From NCBI GenBank assembly GCA_024276825.1, contig JAJRWI010000010.1:96001-160000 (forward strand): 64,000 nucleotides of DNA, given 5' to 3'. How positions within the stretch are numbered: the stretch's first letter is position 1; each line of letters opens with the position of its first letter. This document shows, piece by piece, positions 46,774 through 56,615 of this stretch. The stretch is from an archaeon (GTDB lineage Archaea; Asgardarchaeota; Thorarchaeia; Thorarchaeales; Thorarchaeaceae). A model generated the notes under the pieces. It was not told the origin of the DNA. It saw only the letters and a program-made list of their open reading frames with translations, and ran no database searches. The position numbers and the translations under genes were made by a program.

Positions 46774-48123
46774 ATGGAGAATCATCTACTTGAATTAGCC
46801 AACAAGGCACTTAGCACCGCAGAGAAACTTGGTGCACAGCAGGCGGAAGTGTATATTGCATTATCCCGTTCTTTCTCAATAGAGGTTGAAAACAGTTCTA
46901 TTAAAAGCGCCAGCGAAATTAGGGACGGAGGTTGTGGAATTCGCTCAATCATTGATAAAAAGATCGGGTTCGCTTTTGTCACAAATCTGAATGAGAAGGA
47001 CATTCTTGAGATGGCAGAGCGCTCAGTAAGCATTGCAAAATCATCTGTGGCTGACCCAAATTTTGTCACACTACCAAGTGCAAGCTCAAGATATCCCAGT
47101 GTCAAGGGCATTTTTGATCCTGCTATTGATAATATTGAATCGGAAGCAGCAACCAATCTCATTATCCGCACAGTTGAGGCAACAAAGAATGCCACCAAAG
47201 ACTTGAAGACCGCAGTTGAAGCCTCAATTTCAACAAGCACTTCAACAAGGGCGATAGTAAATTCTCTTGGAGTAGAGGGAATCCAGAAGGCCACATCCAT
47301 TGTGCTCTTCAGTTATCCCACAATCAAGACAGACAGCGATCAGAACTCCAGCTTCGAGTTCCAGGTGTCAAGACAATTGAAGACAATAGACCCTGAATGG
47401 GTTGGGACAAACGCTGGAAAGAATGCTGTTGCAAATCTTGGCGGAAATACAATAGAGGGTGGTGACTTGCCAATCATTCTCACACCACTCGCTGTCAGTG
47501 TTGTTCTCGGTTCAGGATTCGGAGGAGCCATTAATGCAGAAGAGGTTCAGCAAGGCCGGTCATATATTTCAGATGCACTTGGCGAAGAGATTGCCAGTCC
47601 CGCATTGCATATCGTTGATGATGGTCTAAGAGAGGGAGGAGTTGGTTCGAGAAACTTTGATGCTGAAGGATTTCCATCGAGAACCACAGAAGTCCTAGAA
47701 GATGGTATATTGAAGAGCTTGCTGCATAATTCATATACTGCCAACAAGGATAAGGTGGAGAACACTGGAAACGCCAGCAGACCGTCATATTCAGGACTGC
47801 CTTCGATATCAACCACAAATATGGTGATAAAGCCAGGCAAGGGGTCACTCGAAGACCTTGTTTCTGAGATTGACAAGGGAGTGCTTGTCAAAAACACATG
47901 GGACCGACCGAACATGACCACTGGTGATCTGAGTGCACTGGTTGCGGAGGGATTCTACATTGAGAATGGCTCGATAGCATTCCCTGTCAAGAGCACGCTT
48001 ATCGGAATAAACATGCGTGATGTTCTCAAGCGCGTCAGTATTGTAGGTGAGGATGTGAGAGTCACAAGCAGCGTAGTATCGCCATCAATTGTGCTAGAAT
48101 CAGCCAGAGTCACTTCGGGCTGA
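46774..48123 (+). CDS. pmbA: PmbA/TldE subunit
   Basis: 'GAQQAEVY', 'FDAEG.P', 'TGNA.R', 'TGD.S'; lacks HExxH; follows tldD. Confidence 0.9.
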   Translation: MENHLLELANKALSTAEKLGAQQAEVYIALSRSFSIEVENSSIKSASEIRDGGCGIRSIIDKKIGFAFVTNLNEKDILEMAERSVSIAKSSVADPNFVTLPSASSRYPSVKGIFDPAIDNIESEAATNLIIRTVEATKNATKDLKTAVEASISTSTSTRAIVNSLGVEGIQKATSIVLFSYPTIKTDSDQNSSFEFQVSRQLKTIDPEWVGTNAGKNAVANLGGNTIEGGDLPIILTPLAVSVVLGSGFGGAINAEEVQQGRSYISDALGEEIASPALHIVDDGLREGGVGSRNFDAEGFPSRTTEVLEDGILKSLLHNSYTANKDKVENTGNASRPSYSGLPSISTTNMVIKPGKGSLEDLVSEIDKGVLVKNTWDRPNMTTGDLSALVAEGFYIENGSIAFPVKSTLIGINMRDVLKRVSIVGEDVRVTSSVVSPSIVLESARVTSG

Positions 48124-50037
48124 TCACATTCTCTCTATAATTGGTACGCCGAGTAGTCGAAGGCCGTTCTCCATCGTCTGCCTGAATGCCTCGACTAGAT
48201 GAACTCGCGCCTTTCTCATCGGCTCATCAGCCTTGAGTATGGGAATTGTTTCGTATAACTTGCTAAACAGGGTGGCCAGTCTATAGCAGTAGGTCGTGAG
48301 CCTGTTAGAGCTAAAGCTGGTTCCCCATGCCTCCTTCTTCAGGCCAATCACAATCTCAAGGACCTCATTTGGAAACCTTGCAATTGCCTTTAGCAATTCA
48401 TATTCAGCATCAGAGGTGAGAACGGAGAGGTCCACATTCTCAGGACTGATCCCACCATCATATTTCTCAAGGATTCTCTTTGCACGTGCAATGGAGTATT
48501 GCAAGTAGGGACCTGCATCGCCATTGAAATCAAGGACCTCATGCCATCTGAAGGTTATCTTTCTATCGGGTGATGCATTTAATAATCGATATCGGACTGC
48601 CCCAATGCCAACACTCTCAGCCACTGCATCCTTGAACTCATCGCTCTCGTCGGGGTTTCTCATCTCGACCTCCTTTCGGGCCAGCTCCCTTGCTCTATCC
48701 AGCACATCATCACAGCTATACCCGACCCATGTGCCCTTTCTTCCTGAAAAACTCTCGTCCTCAAGTCCGACAAACTCGTAAGCAACATGGTGTGAGTTCT
48801 CACTCTCTTTGTGATAGCCCAGCAGGTAAAGAATGGTGTAAATCAACTTTTGAGGATGTGCCTGTGCGGAGCCGATGATATTGAATACTGCATTGAATTT
48901 TCCCCAGTCCTTCTTCTTGCCCTTCAACGATGTTCTGTATACAGGCTTGCCATTTGGCTGGTTCTCAAACACTTCATATAGGAATGGGTCATCGACAATT
49001 CCAAACTTCCACATCTGGAATGCCACATCAGCCCCCGTATAAGTCCTTGTACCATCAGATCTGAACAGGACCTTGTAAGGATCTTTCATGTCCTTGAACT
49101 CTTCAAGGGAGTCAAGCTTGGCAACAATGCAACCAGCCTTCTCGCCCCCCTCAAGTTTGACTATACTATCACAACTTAGGAGAATCTTCTTTACTTTATC
49201 CAGTAGCCCGCTGTGTGCAATTGTACTCTCCCACACCTGAACGTTGTGATATATTCCAAGACGATATGCCGTCTGACACTGAGCCTTCACGCAATTAGTC
49301 ACCATTTCCCTACTGACCGATGACTCCTCTGACTTGAGGTCCTCCAACCTTCTTGACACTTCACGTATCTCGCGTTCCACTTCAGGGTCAGTTTCAAACT
49401 TCTCTTGAACATCGACATAGAGGTGTCCCAAGAAATGGTCGTATTTCTTTCCATTTGGATCAATATCGTCCTTCATCAATTTCCATGTCAGTTGTGCAAT
49501 CTGGAGTCCAAGATCATTGATATAGTCGATCCGAAGAACATCGTATCCAACAGCTTCCAGAATATTGCAGAGTGTGTCACCAATTACTGCATTACGGGTA
49601 TGGCCAATATGCCAAGGCTTTGATGGATTCACAGCAGGAAACTCAACAAGTGCTCGCTTCCCTGCAAATACCCTGGATTTTCCATATTCGGATCTTTTCT
49701 TAAGTACCAGACCAATGACATCACTGGCAAGTCTAGACCTATTGAAGAAGACATTGATGTAAGGCCCCTTGGCCTCCACTCTATCAAACATGGGATTCTG
49801 ACTTGTCATCTCATTGAAACTCGCAGTCAACTCCTCAGCTATGACCTTTGGATTCTTCTTGAGGGTCTTGGCTAGGTTGAAGGCAATTGTTGAGGCCACA
49901 TCACCCAGTTTGAAGTCGGGAGGCGTTTCTAGAGTTGACTTGATAGTTTCTGTTGGCATATCTGCAATCTCAGACATCAGTTCAACCAAGACGGATATGT
50001 ACAGGTCCCATATGCTATCTGATTTGTTGGAGTTCAA
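48124..50037 (-). CDS. argS: Arginyl-tRNA synthetase
   Basis: 'PP....GD', 'GPYIN', 'NPSKPWHIGH.RN', 'RSDGT.TY...D', 'FSGRKG', 'GPYLQY..AR...IL', terminal 'ERM'. Confidence 0.96.
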   Translation of the reverse strand: MNSNKSDSIWDLYISVLVELMSEIADMPTETIKSTLETPPDFKLGDVASTIAFNLAKTLKKNPKVIAEELTASFNEMTSQNPMFDRVEAKGPYINVFFNRSRLASDVIGLVLKKRSEYGKSRVFAGKRALVEFPAVNPSKPWHIGHTRNAVIGDTLCNILEAVGYDVLRIDYINDLGLQIAQLTWKLMKDDIDPNGKKYDHFLGHLYVDVQEKFETDPEVEREIREVSRRLEDLKSEESSVSREMVTNCVKAQCQTAYRLGIYHNVQVWESTIAHSGLLDKVKKILLSCDSIVKLEGGEKAGCIVAKLDSLEEFKDMKDPYKVLFRSDGTRTYTGADVAFQMWKFGIVDDPFLYEVFENQPNGKPVYRTSLKGKKKDWGKFNAVFNIIGSAQAHPQKLIYTILYLLGYHKESENSHHVAYEFVGLEDESFSGRKGTWVGYSCDDVLDRARELARKEVEMRNPDESDEFKDAVAESVGIGAVRYRLLNASPDRKITFRWHEVLDFNGDAGPYLQYSIARAKRILEKYDGGISPENVDLSVLTSDAEYELLKAIARFPNEVLEIVIGLKKEAWGTSFSSNRLTTYCYRLATLFSKLYETIPILKADEPMRKARVHLVEAFRQTMENGLRLLGVPIIERM

Positions 50038-50117
50038 GGTTAGTCGAGTATTTAGTCCATAGATTTACTCATAAATGAAGCGTTGTTGTGAAGTCACAGG
50101 CACAGCAACATCAACAA

Positions 50118-50160
50118 AACAAATAATATTATAATTATCCAAATATATATTAAATCATCC
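50118..50160. promoter_or_regulatory. AT-rich divergent promoter region (argS / tfb)
   Basis: Several TATA-like boxes (ATATTATAATT, ATATATATTAAA) between divergent genes. Confidence 0.45.
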
Positions 50161-50342
50161 GACAATCTCCAAACCCTTATAATGTTTTATTATATGTGCA
50201 AAAATGTTCTCTGTTTGGAGAACTTGTTCGCAAGACCGCGTCCCGCATTGTCATACCCCCTTGCGCCAAGAGGAGTATGAACCTAGATACCTCAGAAGCT
50301 CTAACCGCAGTTCTATCCACTGAGGATAGTGATTGCAGGGAG

Positions 50343-51305
50343 ATGATCGGACTGGCCAGCACACAAAAGACTCGGAAGCATCAAGAGCGAAGCCTTGGAA
50401 CGGCCAGCTATGTTTGTTCTGCTTGTGGATCCACAGAGATGTTTATTGACCATACAAGAGGAGAAGTCATCTGCTCAAGTTGTGGTCTTGTTCATTCTGA
50501 TAGATCTATTGACATGGGACCTGAATGGAGGGCTTTCACTAGTGATGAACAGAATGCCCGTCAGAGGGTGGGTGGCCCTCAGGATTGGAGTAAGTTTGAC
50601 CAAGGACTAACTACAGTGATTGGTCGTCAGAATGTAGATGCGTCTGGAAGAAAATTGAGTTCGACTAGGCGTGCAGAGATTCACAGGCTTCGAAAATGGC
50701 AGATACGTACCAAGGTTCACAGCTCTGATAAACGAAACCTTGCTGTGGCAATGACTGAGCTGCATCGAATTTCATCACAGCTTAGCATTCCCTATGCAAT
50801 TAGAGAGACCTCAGCAGTGATTTATCGAAAGGCACTCCGTAAACGACTCACACGTGGACGAACAATTCTCGGAATGATTGCAGCGTCCCTGTATCTTGCA
50901 TGCAGAGTACATTATGTGCCCAGGCCGCTTGAAGACATATGCGACCAGATACATATTACACGGAAAGAGCTAAGTCTCTGTGTAAGACTCATTCTGCGTT
51001 ATTTAAACCTGAAAATTCCTCAAGCCAACCCAATCGCATATGTACACAGGTTTGGAGCACAATTAGATCTTCCAGGTAAGGCCACCAAGGCGGCAATTGA
51101 CATCTTACAGGAGGCACAAAGACAAAGACTCACTATTGGCAAAGACCCAAAGGGCATGGCAGCAGCGGCAATTTATGTGGCTAGTATTCTTACTGGCGCG
51201 CGAAGAACACAGCTAGAGATTGCACGTACTGCAAGAGTCACTGAAGTCACAGTGAGGAATCGCTACAAAGAGATGGTGCAAAAACTCAACATCTCTACAA
51301 CCTGA
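50343..51305 (+). CDS. tfb: Transcription initiation factor IIB (TFB)
   Basis: Zn ribbon CSAC...CSSC, B-reader 'D.GPEWRAF', 'RLRKWQ', two cyclin repeats, 'ARVTEVTVRNRYKE'. Start ATG 50343 after GGGAG. Confidence 0.95.
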   Translation: MIGLASTQKTRKHQERSLGTASYVCSACGSTEMFIDHTRGEVICSSCGLVHSDRSIDMGPEWRAFTSDEQNARQRVGGPQDWSKFDQGLTTVIGRQNVDASGRKLSSTRRAEIHRLRKWQIRTKVHSSDKRNLAVAMTELHRISSQLSIPYAIRETSAVIYRKALRKRLTRGRTILGMIAASLYLACRVHYVPRPLEDICDQIHITRKELSLCVRLILRYLNLKIPQANPIAYVHRFGAQLDLPGKATKAAIDILQEAQRQRLTIGKDPKGMAAAAIYVASILTGARRTQLEIARTARVTEVTVRNRYKEMVQKLNISTT

Positions 51306-51315
51306 TTCCAACAAG

Positions 51316-51347
51316 GGAGAGCTCCCCCACAGCTCTCCTCTCCTCTT
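51316..51347 (+). terminator. Hairpin downstream of tfb
   Basis: GGAGAGCT-CCCCCAC-AGCTCTCC followed by a pyrimidine tract. Confidence 0.5.
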
Positions 51348-51385
51348 TATTCAAATGATTTATCAATACAACCGGACAGAAGAAA

Positions 51386-51601
51386 ATGGAGCGAATGCTT
51401 ATGACAATCAAATGTTCGGAATGCAATGGTGATGATCTGTCAATGATCATTTTCGAGATGAATAGGAGGATGGCAGTAGTAGTATACTCTGCAATAAAAT
51501 GCAATAAATGCGGGATGGTATATCCCATTCAAGAGTTGGGCAAAGGCGGGAGAGGAATGGTCAATAAGGACATAGTGACCTCCATGCTCCGGGGCAAGTA
51601 G
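51386..51601 (+). CDS. Small Zn-ribbon protein
   Basis: CSEC...CNKCG pairs; fills the intergenic gap. Confidence 0.7.
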   Translation: MERMLMTIKCSECNGDDLSMIIFEMNRRMAVVVYSAIKCNKCGMVYPIQELGKGGRGMVNKDIVTSMLRGK

Positions 51602-51706
51602 GAGGATTGGAGACATTATTTAGGTCATGGGCCATCTATACTGATGTCATCAGTAACTAGATTAATTTATTCTTAATAGAGGTTCATCCTTTAGAGTTAA
51701 GGGGTC

Positions 51707-52912
51707 TTGGTGATGAGCGTTCCACATAAGCGTGTACAACCGATAAAATACTCCCCAGTTTCAGCAAGAGAGATTCTGACTCAGATGAAGACAATCTCTG
51801 AGTTGATGATTGACCTTGCATATTCATCACTTCTGTTCTCAAACAAAGAACTTGGAAAATGGGTGATGGAGCTTGAGGACGTTGTTGACAGACTGGGCTA
51901 CCAGCTCTTTATGACTTTATCAATGTCAGTTCGCAGTAAGGATGATGCGGAGTTGTCAGTCGGGCTCTTCAGGGTCTGCGTGGCTGCAAATGGGATCTCT
52001 GATGCAGCAGCAGACATGGCATCTCTTGCAGTCATGGGACAGGAAGTCCATCCATCAATAAAGGGGGCTCTTCTCCAAGTGGAGGAGAGGCTAATTAATG
52101 CGCTTGTTGCCGACTCTTCAGAGATGAACGGTGCCACAATAGGACACATCTTGGATACTCATGACATAGGAGTTGATATAATCGCGGTAAGGAGGGACGG
52201 GTCGTGGACTGTGAACCCCGATGAGGACTTTGTACTGCAATCTGGGGATGTAATATTTGTCCGAGGAACTGATGTGGGAACCGATCAGCTCTTTGAGATT
52301 GCAACGGGCGAGCATCATAAGGAGGAAGAGGTCAATATTGAGGATAGACACTCAGAGTTGGTGCGACTGATCTTAAGAATGAAAGAAACCTCAGAGTTCA
52401 TGGTTTCTCTGGCTTATGCGGCTGTTAGATTTGATGACAAGGATCTGGCTCAAGAGGTGTCCGAGCTGGAAGATACAATGGATAGGCTGCATGAGATAGT
52501 GGGCAAGGAAACCCTGTCTCTTGGGCGCAACGATATACCCCATAGATGGACACTTCTACGGGTGGCCACCTCGTTAGAGGCCATTGCAGATGCAGCCTGG
52601 GAGATGGCGATGGTGCCCTTAAGCGGCCTTGACACGCACCCAATAATCAGGGCAATAGCAGATGAAGCGGAAGAGATTGTATCAAAGATAATTGTGAGGG
52701 AGGGATCCCCATTGATTGGAAAGAGGCTCAGGGATATTGCGCTTGATGACAGATATGGTCTATATGTACTCTCCATCAAGCGGGAGAATCATTGGTTCCA
52801 TAGACCATCAGAGGAGTTCAAGATTCAAGCAGGGGACTTGATGATAGTTGATGGTTATCGCACAGGAATGGAGGATCTTCGAAAGGACATACTGGAAACC
52901 AGTAATGGATAA
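51707..52912 (+). CDS. Tandem PhoU-like/TrkA-C (RCK_C) regulatory protein
   Basis: Two repeats of 'MK..SE.M..LAY' followed by 'G..I.AV/SI.R...W...P...F.LQ.GD'. Confidence 0.9.
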   Translation: MVMSVPHKRVQPIKYSPVSAREILTQMKTISELMIDLAYSSLLFSNKELGKWVMELEDVVDRLGYQLFMTLSMSVRSKDDAELSVGLFRVCVAANGISDAAADMASLAVMGQEVHPSIKGALLQVEERLINALVADSSEMNGATIGHILDTHDIGVDIIAVRRDGSWTVNPDEDFVLQSGDVIFVRGTDVGTDQLFEIATGEHHKEEEVNIEDRHSELVRLILRMKETSEFMVSLAYAAVRFDDKDLAQEVSELEDTMDRLHEIVGKETLSLGRNDIPHRWTLLRVATSLEAIADAAWEMAMVPLSGLDTHPIIRAIADEAEEIVSKIIVREGSPLIGKRLRDIALDDRYGLYVLSIKRENHWFHRPSEEFKIQAGDLMIVDGYRTGMEDLRKDILETSNG

Positions 52913-53015
52913 TATGCAACATCATTGAGTGTAACAGTTCTATTAATGGATAGATTGAGAATATTGGATCAGGAATATGGGAAAACAAGGAGGCAGGAAC
53001 AAATGGCAGGAAGTG

Positions 53016-54338
53016 ATGACGATGACCACCCAGCCCACGCGAGAGAAACAAGCATTGACGGAAGTCATGCCAAAACATCATGTTTCTAGAACCCTTCAGG
53101 ACCTTGTTGATAGATTAAAGGGTGCTACTGCACAGTTCAACGCATTCTCGCGGAAGGGGTCTTTCACAAGAACATTTGGACAATCAACAGTTTCACTCAT
53201 GTTTAATCTTGGAGGACTCCTTGCCGGATTCATTATGATATCATTCTTCAGTATTGTTTCAATTGTATCATGGGGGCTTCTCATATATCCTGGTATCCTA
53301 AGCCTTAGAGGGGTCTTAGGTGGAGTGTTCTCTGGACGACTGGGAAGTGGACTCCATACTGGTGAGATCAAACCCACAATGAGAGGAAACACGCATTCAT
53401 TCAATATGCTTTGGAGAGCACTGGTTGTGATAGCAATTCAAAGCACAGTGTTACTCTCGTTATTTGCTCTTTTGATTGGCACCTTCACAATAGGACTTCA
53501 TATTACAGACATTATTGAGATAGTCGTTGTCGTGGCGGCGACAATGGCGCTCTCTGTCATTCTTGTGGCACCAATAACGGCGGAGGTCTCGTTCAAGTCA
53601 TTCAAACATGGTCTTGATCCAGATGTCATGGTCTATCCAATAATGTCAACGGTTGCAGACATCACGGTTACATTTGTTTACATCCTCACCATAGTTTTGT
53701 ATAGTTCTGGACTCGCTGGCATGGCTATTACCCTAATTCTTGCACTGGGCCTTGTGGTCACATCAATCAAGTTCATAGCATCAAATTCCAGCGACTATTC
53801 ATTTCGAAAGACACTGCGTGAAACATTCCTCACAATTATGATAATATCGGTGATTGTCAATATTACTGGATCACTCTTGGAATCGGTGAACGAAACTATT
53901 GGAAATAGGCCAGAAGTGTATATGATCTATCCAGCATTGATTGACACGATGGGAGATGTCGGTTCAGTGGCGGGATCAACAGCCACAACAAAGATTGCAG
54001 TTGGTGCACTGCGCCCAAGACTGTTGTCCATCAGGAACCATGCGGCAGAAACTTTTGCAGCAATCACATCAGGACTTGTTCTATGCACGATGTTTATTGG
54101 AATCACGGGATTCATTCAGAACATGACTTTCTTGCCAATTGTAAGGTTCGGGCTAATTGTGTATTCAACTGGCTTTGTGGCTGCTTGCATAATGTCAATA
54201 ATAGCATTCATAATAGCCATCTTGACCTATAAACGAGGGTGGGACCCAGACAATTTTGTCATCCCTATCGAGAGTTCCATCGCTGATACAATAACCTCTG
54301 CAATTCTACTGATTGTGTTGATTCTCTTCATGTACTAG
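53016..54338 (+). CDS. mgtE: MgtE-membrane-domain (SLC41-like) divalent cation transporter
   Basis: Duplicated MgtE TM repeats 'YPG.LSLRG', 'GLDPD...PI.ST.AD', 'YPA...TMGD.GS', 'GWDPDN..IPI.SS.AD'; paired with the PhoU/TrkA-C gene. Confidence 0.88.
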   Translation: MTMTTQPTREKQALTEVMPKHHVSRTLQDLVDRLKGATAQFNAFSRKGSFTRTFGQSTVSLMFNLGGLLAGFIMISFFSIVSIVSWGLLIYPGILSLRGVLGGVFSGRLGSGLHTGEIKPTMRGNTHSFNMLWRALVVIAIQSTVLLSLFALLIGTFTIGLHITDIIEIVVVVAATMALSVILVAPITAEVSFKSFKHGLDPDVMVYPIMSTVADITVTFVYILTIVLYSSGLAGMAITLILALGLVVTSIKFIASNSSDYSFRKTLRETFLTIMIISVIVNITGSLLESVNETIGNRPEVYMIYPALIDTMGDVGSVAGSTATTKIAVGALRPRLLSIRNHAAETFAAITSGLVLCTMFIGITGFIQNMTFLPIVRFGLIVYSTGFVAACIMSIIAFIIAILTYKRGWDPDNFVIPIESSIADTITSAILLIVLILFMY

Positions 54339-54456
54339 AAGAATGCATGATAACCATGGGAACACGTTATCCATGTCATTATTCAGGCACACTAATCTTA
54401 TTTTGAAATACGTTTCTGATTATTCGAGGTCGCGATATAGTTTGTCAAATTCACGG

Positions 54457-55275
54457 TTGATACTCGGAGTCTGGCTGATAGAGAGAAGTTCAGGAAAGAA
54501 CCTGATATCTCTGACATTTACAGACGTCGAGATAGACATGGACCTGTTTGCTCCATTCCTGTCAGCCACAAAGTTTCTCATTGACACCGCGTCATCCGAG
54601 TCCCTTGAGATGATAAACACGGAAGGGCGGCGGTATGTATGGCATTCCAATGACTGGTTCTTGATTGTCTTAGCAATATCAAAGAGAGCACGTGTTGCAC
54701 ATATGCGATTTCTACTCAATTATGCCCTGAATGAGTTCATGAATAAGGCCATTCCCTCAAACACATCTGTGGACGAGTTCTTGCGTAAATGGGATGGCAC
54801 TCCGCGTCCATTTAGAGAGTATGAGGATTTCCTCAGAGTGCTCATTGACCAATTCGAGCAGACCGATGAATCATTATTGGCGGGGAAGGCCATGGACTGC
54901 TTAGCAGTATACAGCCACATCTTTACGGCAATTCTGAGAACCAATATGAAAGATGACACTCGTGAAAAACTTGTGTCTAGAATAAGAGAAGAGCTGGGAA
55001 ACCTCATCAAGGATGACTCGGCATTCAAGGGAATTCTCATTGATAAGAGGGGAATTGATGTTCTATCCATTAATCCAACTATGTGCTCGTATAAAGTTCT
55101 CCGAACAAGACTTGACCAGATCCTTGAGATTGTTTCAAACATCGCCAAAGACCTAATCCCTAAAAGAGACTACAATAAAATGCTCTTGGAGCAGCTCATA
55201 CCATACATGAAAAGGGATATTGACCGTTTGGAAACCTATTCCATTCTGGATGACATTATCCGTCTGGTCTTCTAG
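54457..55275 (+). CDS. Longin-like domain protein with a helical C-terminal domain
   Basis: 'ILGVWLI..SSG..L....F......DLFAPFLSA...L......L..I.......W......IVL......L......F.......WDG....F..Y' matches the Asgard longin pattern. Start taken as TTG 54457 (track 54343). Confidence 0.65.
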   Translation: MILGVWLIERSSGKNLISLTFTDVEIDMDLFAPFLSATKFLIDTASSESLEMINTEGRRYVWHSNDWFLIVLAISKRARVAHMRFLLNYALNEFMNKAIPSNTSVDEFLRKWDGTPRPFREYEDFLRVLIDQFEQTDESLLAGKAMDCLAVYSHIFTAILRTNMKDDTREKLVSRIREELGNLIKDDSAFKGILIDKRGIDVLSINPTMCSYKVLRTRLDQILEIVSNIAKDLIPKRDYNKMLLEQLIPYMKRDIDRLETYSILDDIIRLVF

Positions 55276-56615
55276 ACTTTCGCAAGCATTATGACCTCTC
55301 TCTGAACAATCTGGCCCCGCTTACGCTCATAGATACGTAATCGGTTGGGCGATATCTTTAGTCGGTCATCAGTAATCTTCTCGCTGTGAAATGCCCTTTC
55401 GGGCAATAAGTATTGAACACTAAGATCAGTATTCTTCACAAGCTGGTCGAGATTGAGTGTGACCTGTCCATCATCAGAATTGATTGCAGGAATTGTCATA
55501 CTGATGCGCCCACCAGGCTTCAACCGTTTTTCGAGTGCCTGCAATGTGGAAGTATAGAGCTCTGTCAACTCACGAATCTGTTTCTCGGCAGCGGTCCTCG
55601 TAGGAGGGCTATCATATAATGGTCCAAGGTCTGGCTCGAAGGCAATAGCATCAACATCAAAGGGTATTATGCGATCTGCATCTCGGGCGTCACCAAGAAG
55701 AATTGTAAAGTCAAAGCGCTGACCCATCTCATGTCCCAGCCACTTTAGGTTAGATATTGCACCTTGTACCACATCAGGATTGATATCGATTCCAACACAT
55801 TTCATGTCTAAAAGTGCCGCTTCCATCAGGAGTGTGCCAGTACCACAGAATGGGTCAAGGACCGTATCACCAGCACGTGCACCAGCAAGACTCAATAGAG
55901 TTCGACATAGTTTGGGACTTGTACTAATGCCTGCTGAAATGTAAGGCCTTGCCTCGTCCCTAAATTGCTGTAGTTGGGAGTCGTAGACAGCACGGCTTTT
56001 TGCAAGATATAATGAGGTTTCAGTAAACACTGCTAGGATCTCTGCATTTGGCGGTGTCAGGAGATTATGTCGTGCGATGGTTGCAGGCCAGAGGGCGGTA
56101 TTGGGCCTGCTCGCATTTCTTCTGTCGGGCTCTTCATACGCGTAGTACACTGCCTTCTTGGCGCCCATCTGAACCAGTTTCTGCTTAATCCATTCATCCA
56201 TACCTAATGTGAACCTCTTGAGGTCAATACGTGGGGCTGATGGTATTGAGGGATATGAACTCACTCCGAATTTGATTCGCTTTCCTGAAACTCTTCTCCA
56301 TACATTATCAACCCAGTTGCATTCTCTCAGGGCCAGTCTTGCATTCTTTCTTATGCGACCCTGTTTGGGAAACGCATTCCTTGCAATCTTTACATCATAC
56401 TGTTTCACAACATGTCCTATCTTGAAACACCCGCCGAGAGAGGCCTGTATATCAATGAGTTCCTCACCGCTGAGAGTAGATGTTGTTCTCACAATTGCTG
56501 CTGTTCTAGAGTGGTCCACAATCTCTTCAAACACACCACGATCATCTAGGCGAACTATCAGTTCAGCAATGCTAAGCAACCAATTCTTTCCAAGTATAAA
56601 GACATACAGACTCAT
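55272..56615 (-). CDS. Trm11-like (tRNA m2G10) SAM-dependent methyltransferase
   Basis: 'LGKN..LS.AE', 'LGG..KIG', 'RD..RP', 'SPKLCR.L..L', 'LDPFCGTGT.L.EA', 'GDA', 'EPDLG'. Confidence 0.8.
   Translation of the reverse strand: MSLYVFILGKNWLLSIAELIVRLDDRGVFEEIVDHSRTAAIVRTTSTLSGEELIDIQASLGGCFKIGHVVKQYDVKIARNAFPKQGRIRKNARLALRECNWVDNVWRRVSGKRIKFGVSSYPSIPSAPRIDLKRFTLGMDEWIKQKLVQMGAKKAVYYAYEEPDRRNASRPNTALWPATIARHNLLTPPNAEILAVFTETSLYLAKSRAVYDSQLQQFRDEARPYISAGISTSPKLCRTLLSLAGARAGDTVLDPFCGTGTLLMEAALLDMKCVGIDINPDVVQGAISNLKWLGHEMGQRFDFTILLGDARDADRIIPFDVDAIAFEPDLGPLYDSPPTRTAAEKQIRELTELYTSTLQALEKRLKPGGRISMTIPAINSDDGQVTLNLDQLVKNTDLSVQYLLPERAFHSEKITDDRLKISPNRLRIYERKRGQIVQREVIMLAKV

Noticed and set aside
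45387-48123. tldD-pmbA as part of the ESCRT system or a RiPP cluster
   Set aside because: This is a widespread archaeal pair transcribed divergently from the ESCRT gene, with no precursor peptide or YcaO gene nearby.
50196-50342. Extended N-terminus of TFB or a structured leader RNA
   Set aside because: An RBS-like GGGAG precedes ATG 50343; only weak hairpins are visible upstream and no RNA family can be supported.
54345-54376. Imperfect inverted repeat CATGATAAC...GTTATCCATG after mgtE
   Set aside because: The stem is weak and interrupted with no U-tract, and cannot be distinguished from chance.
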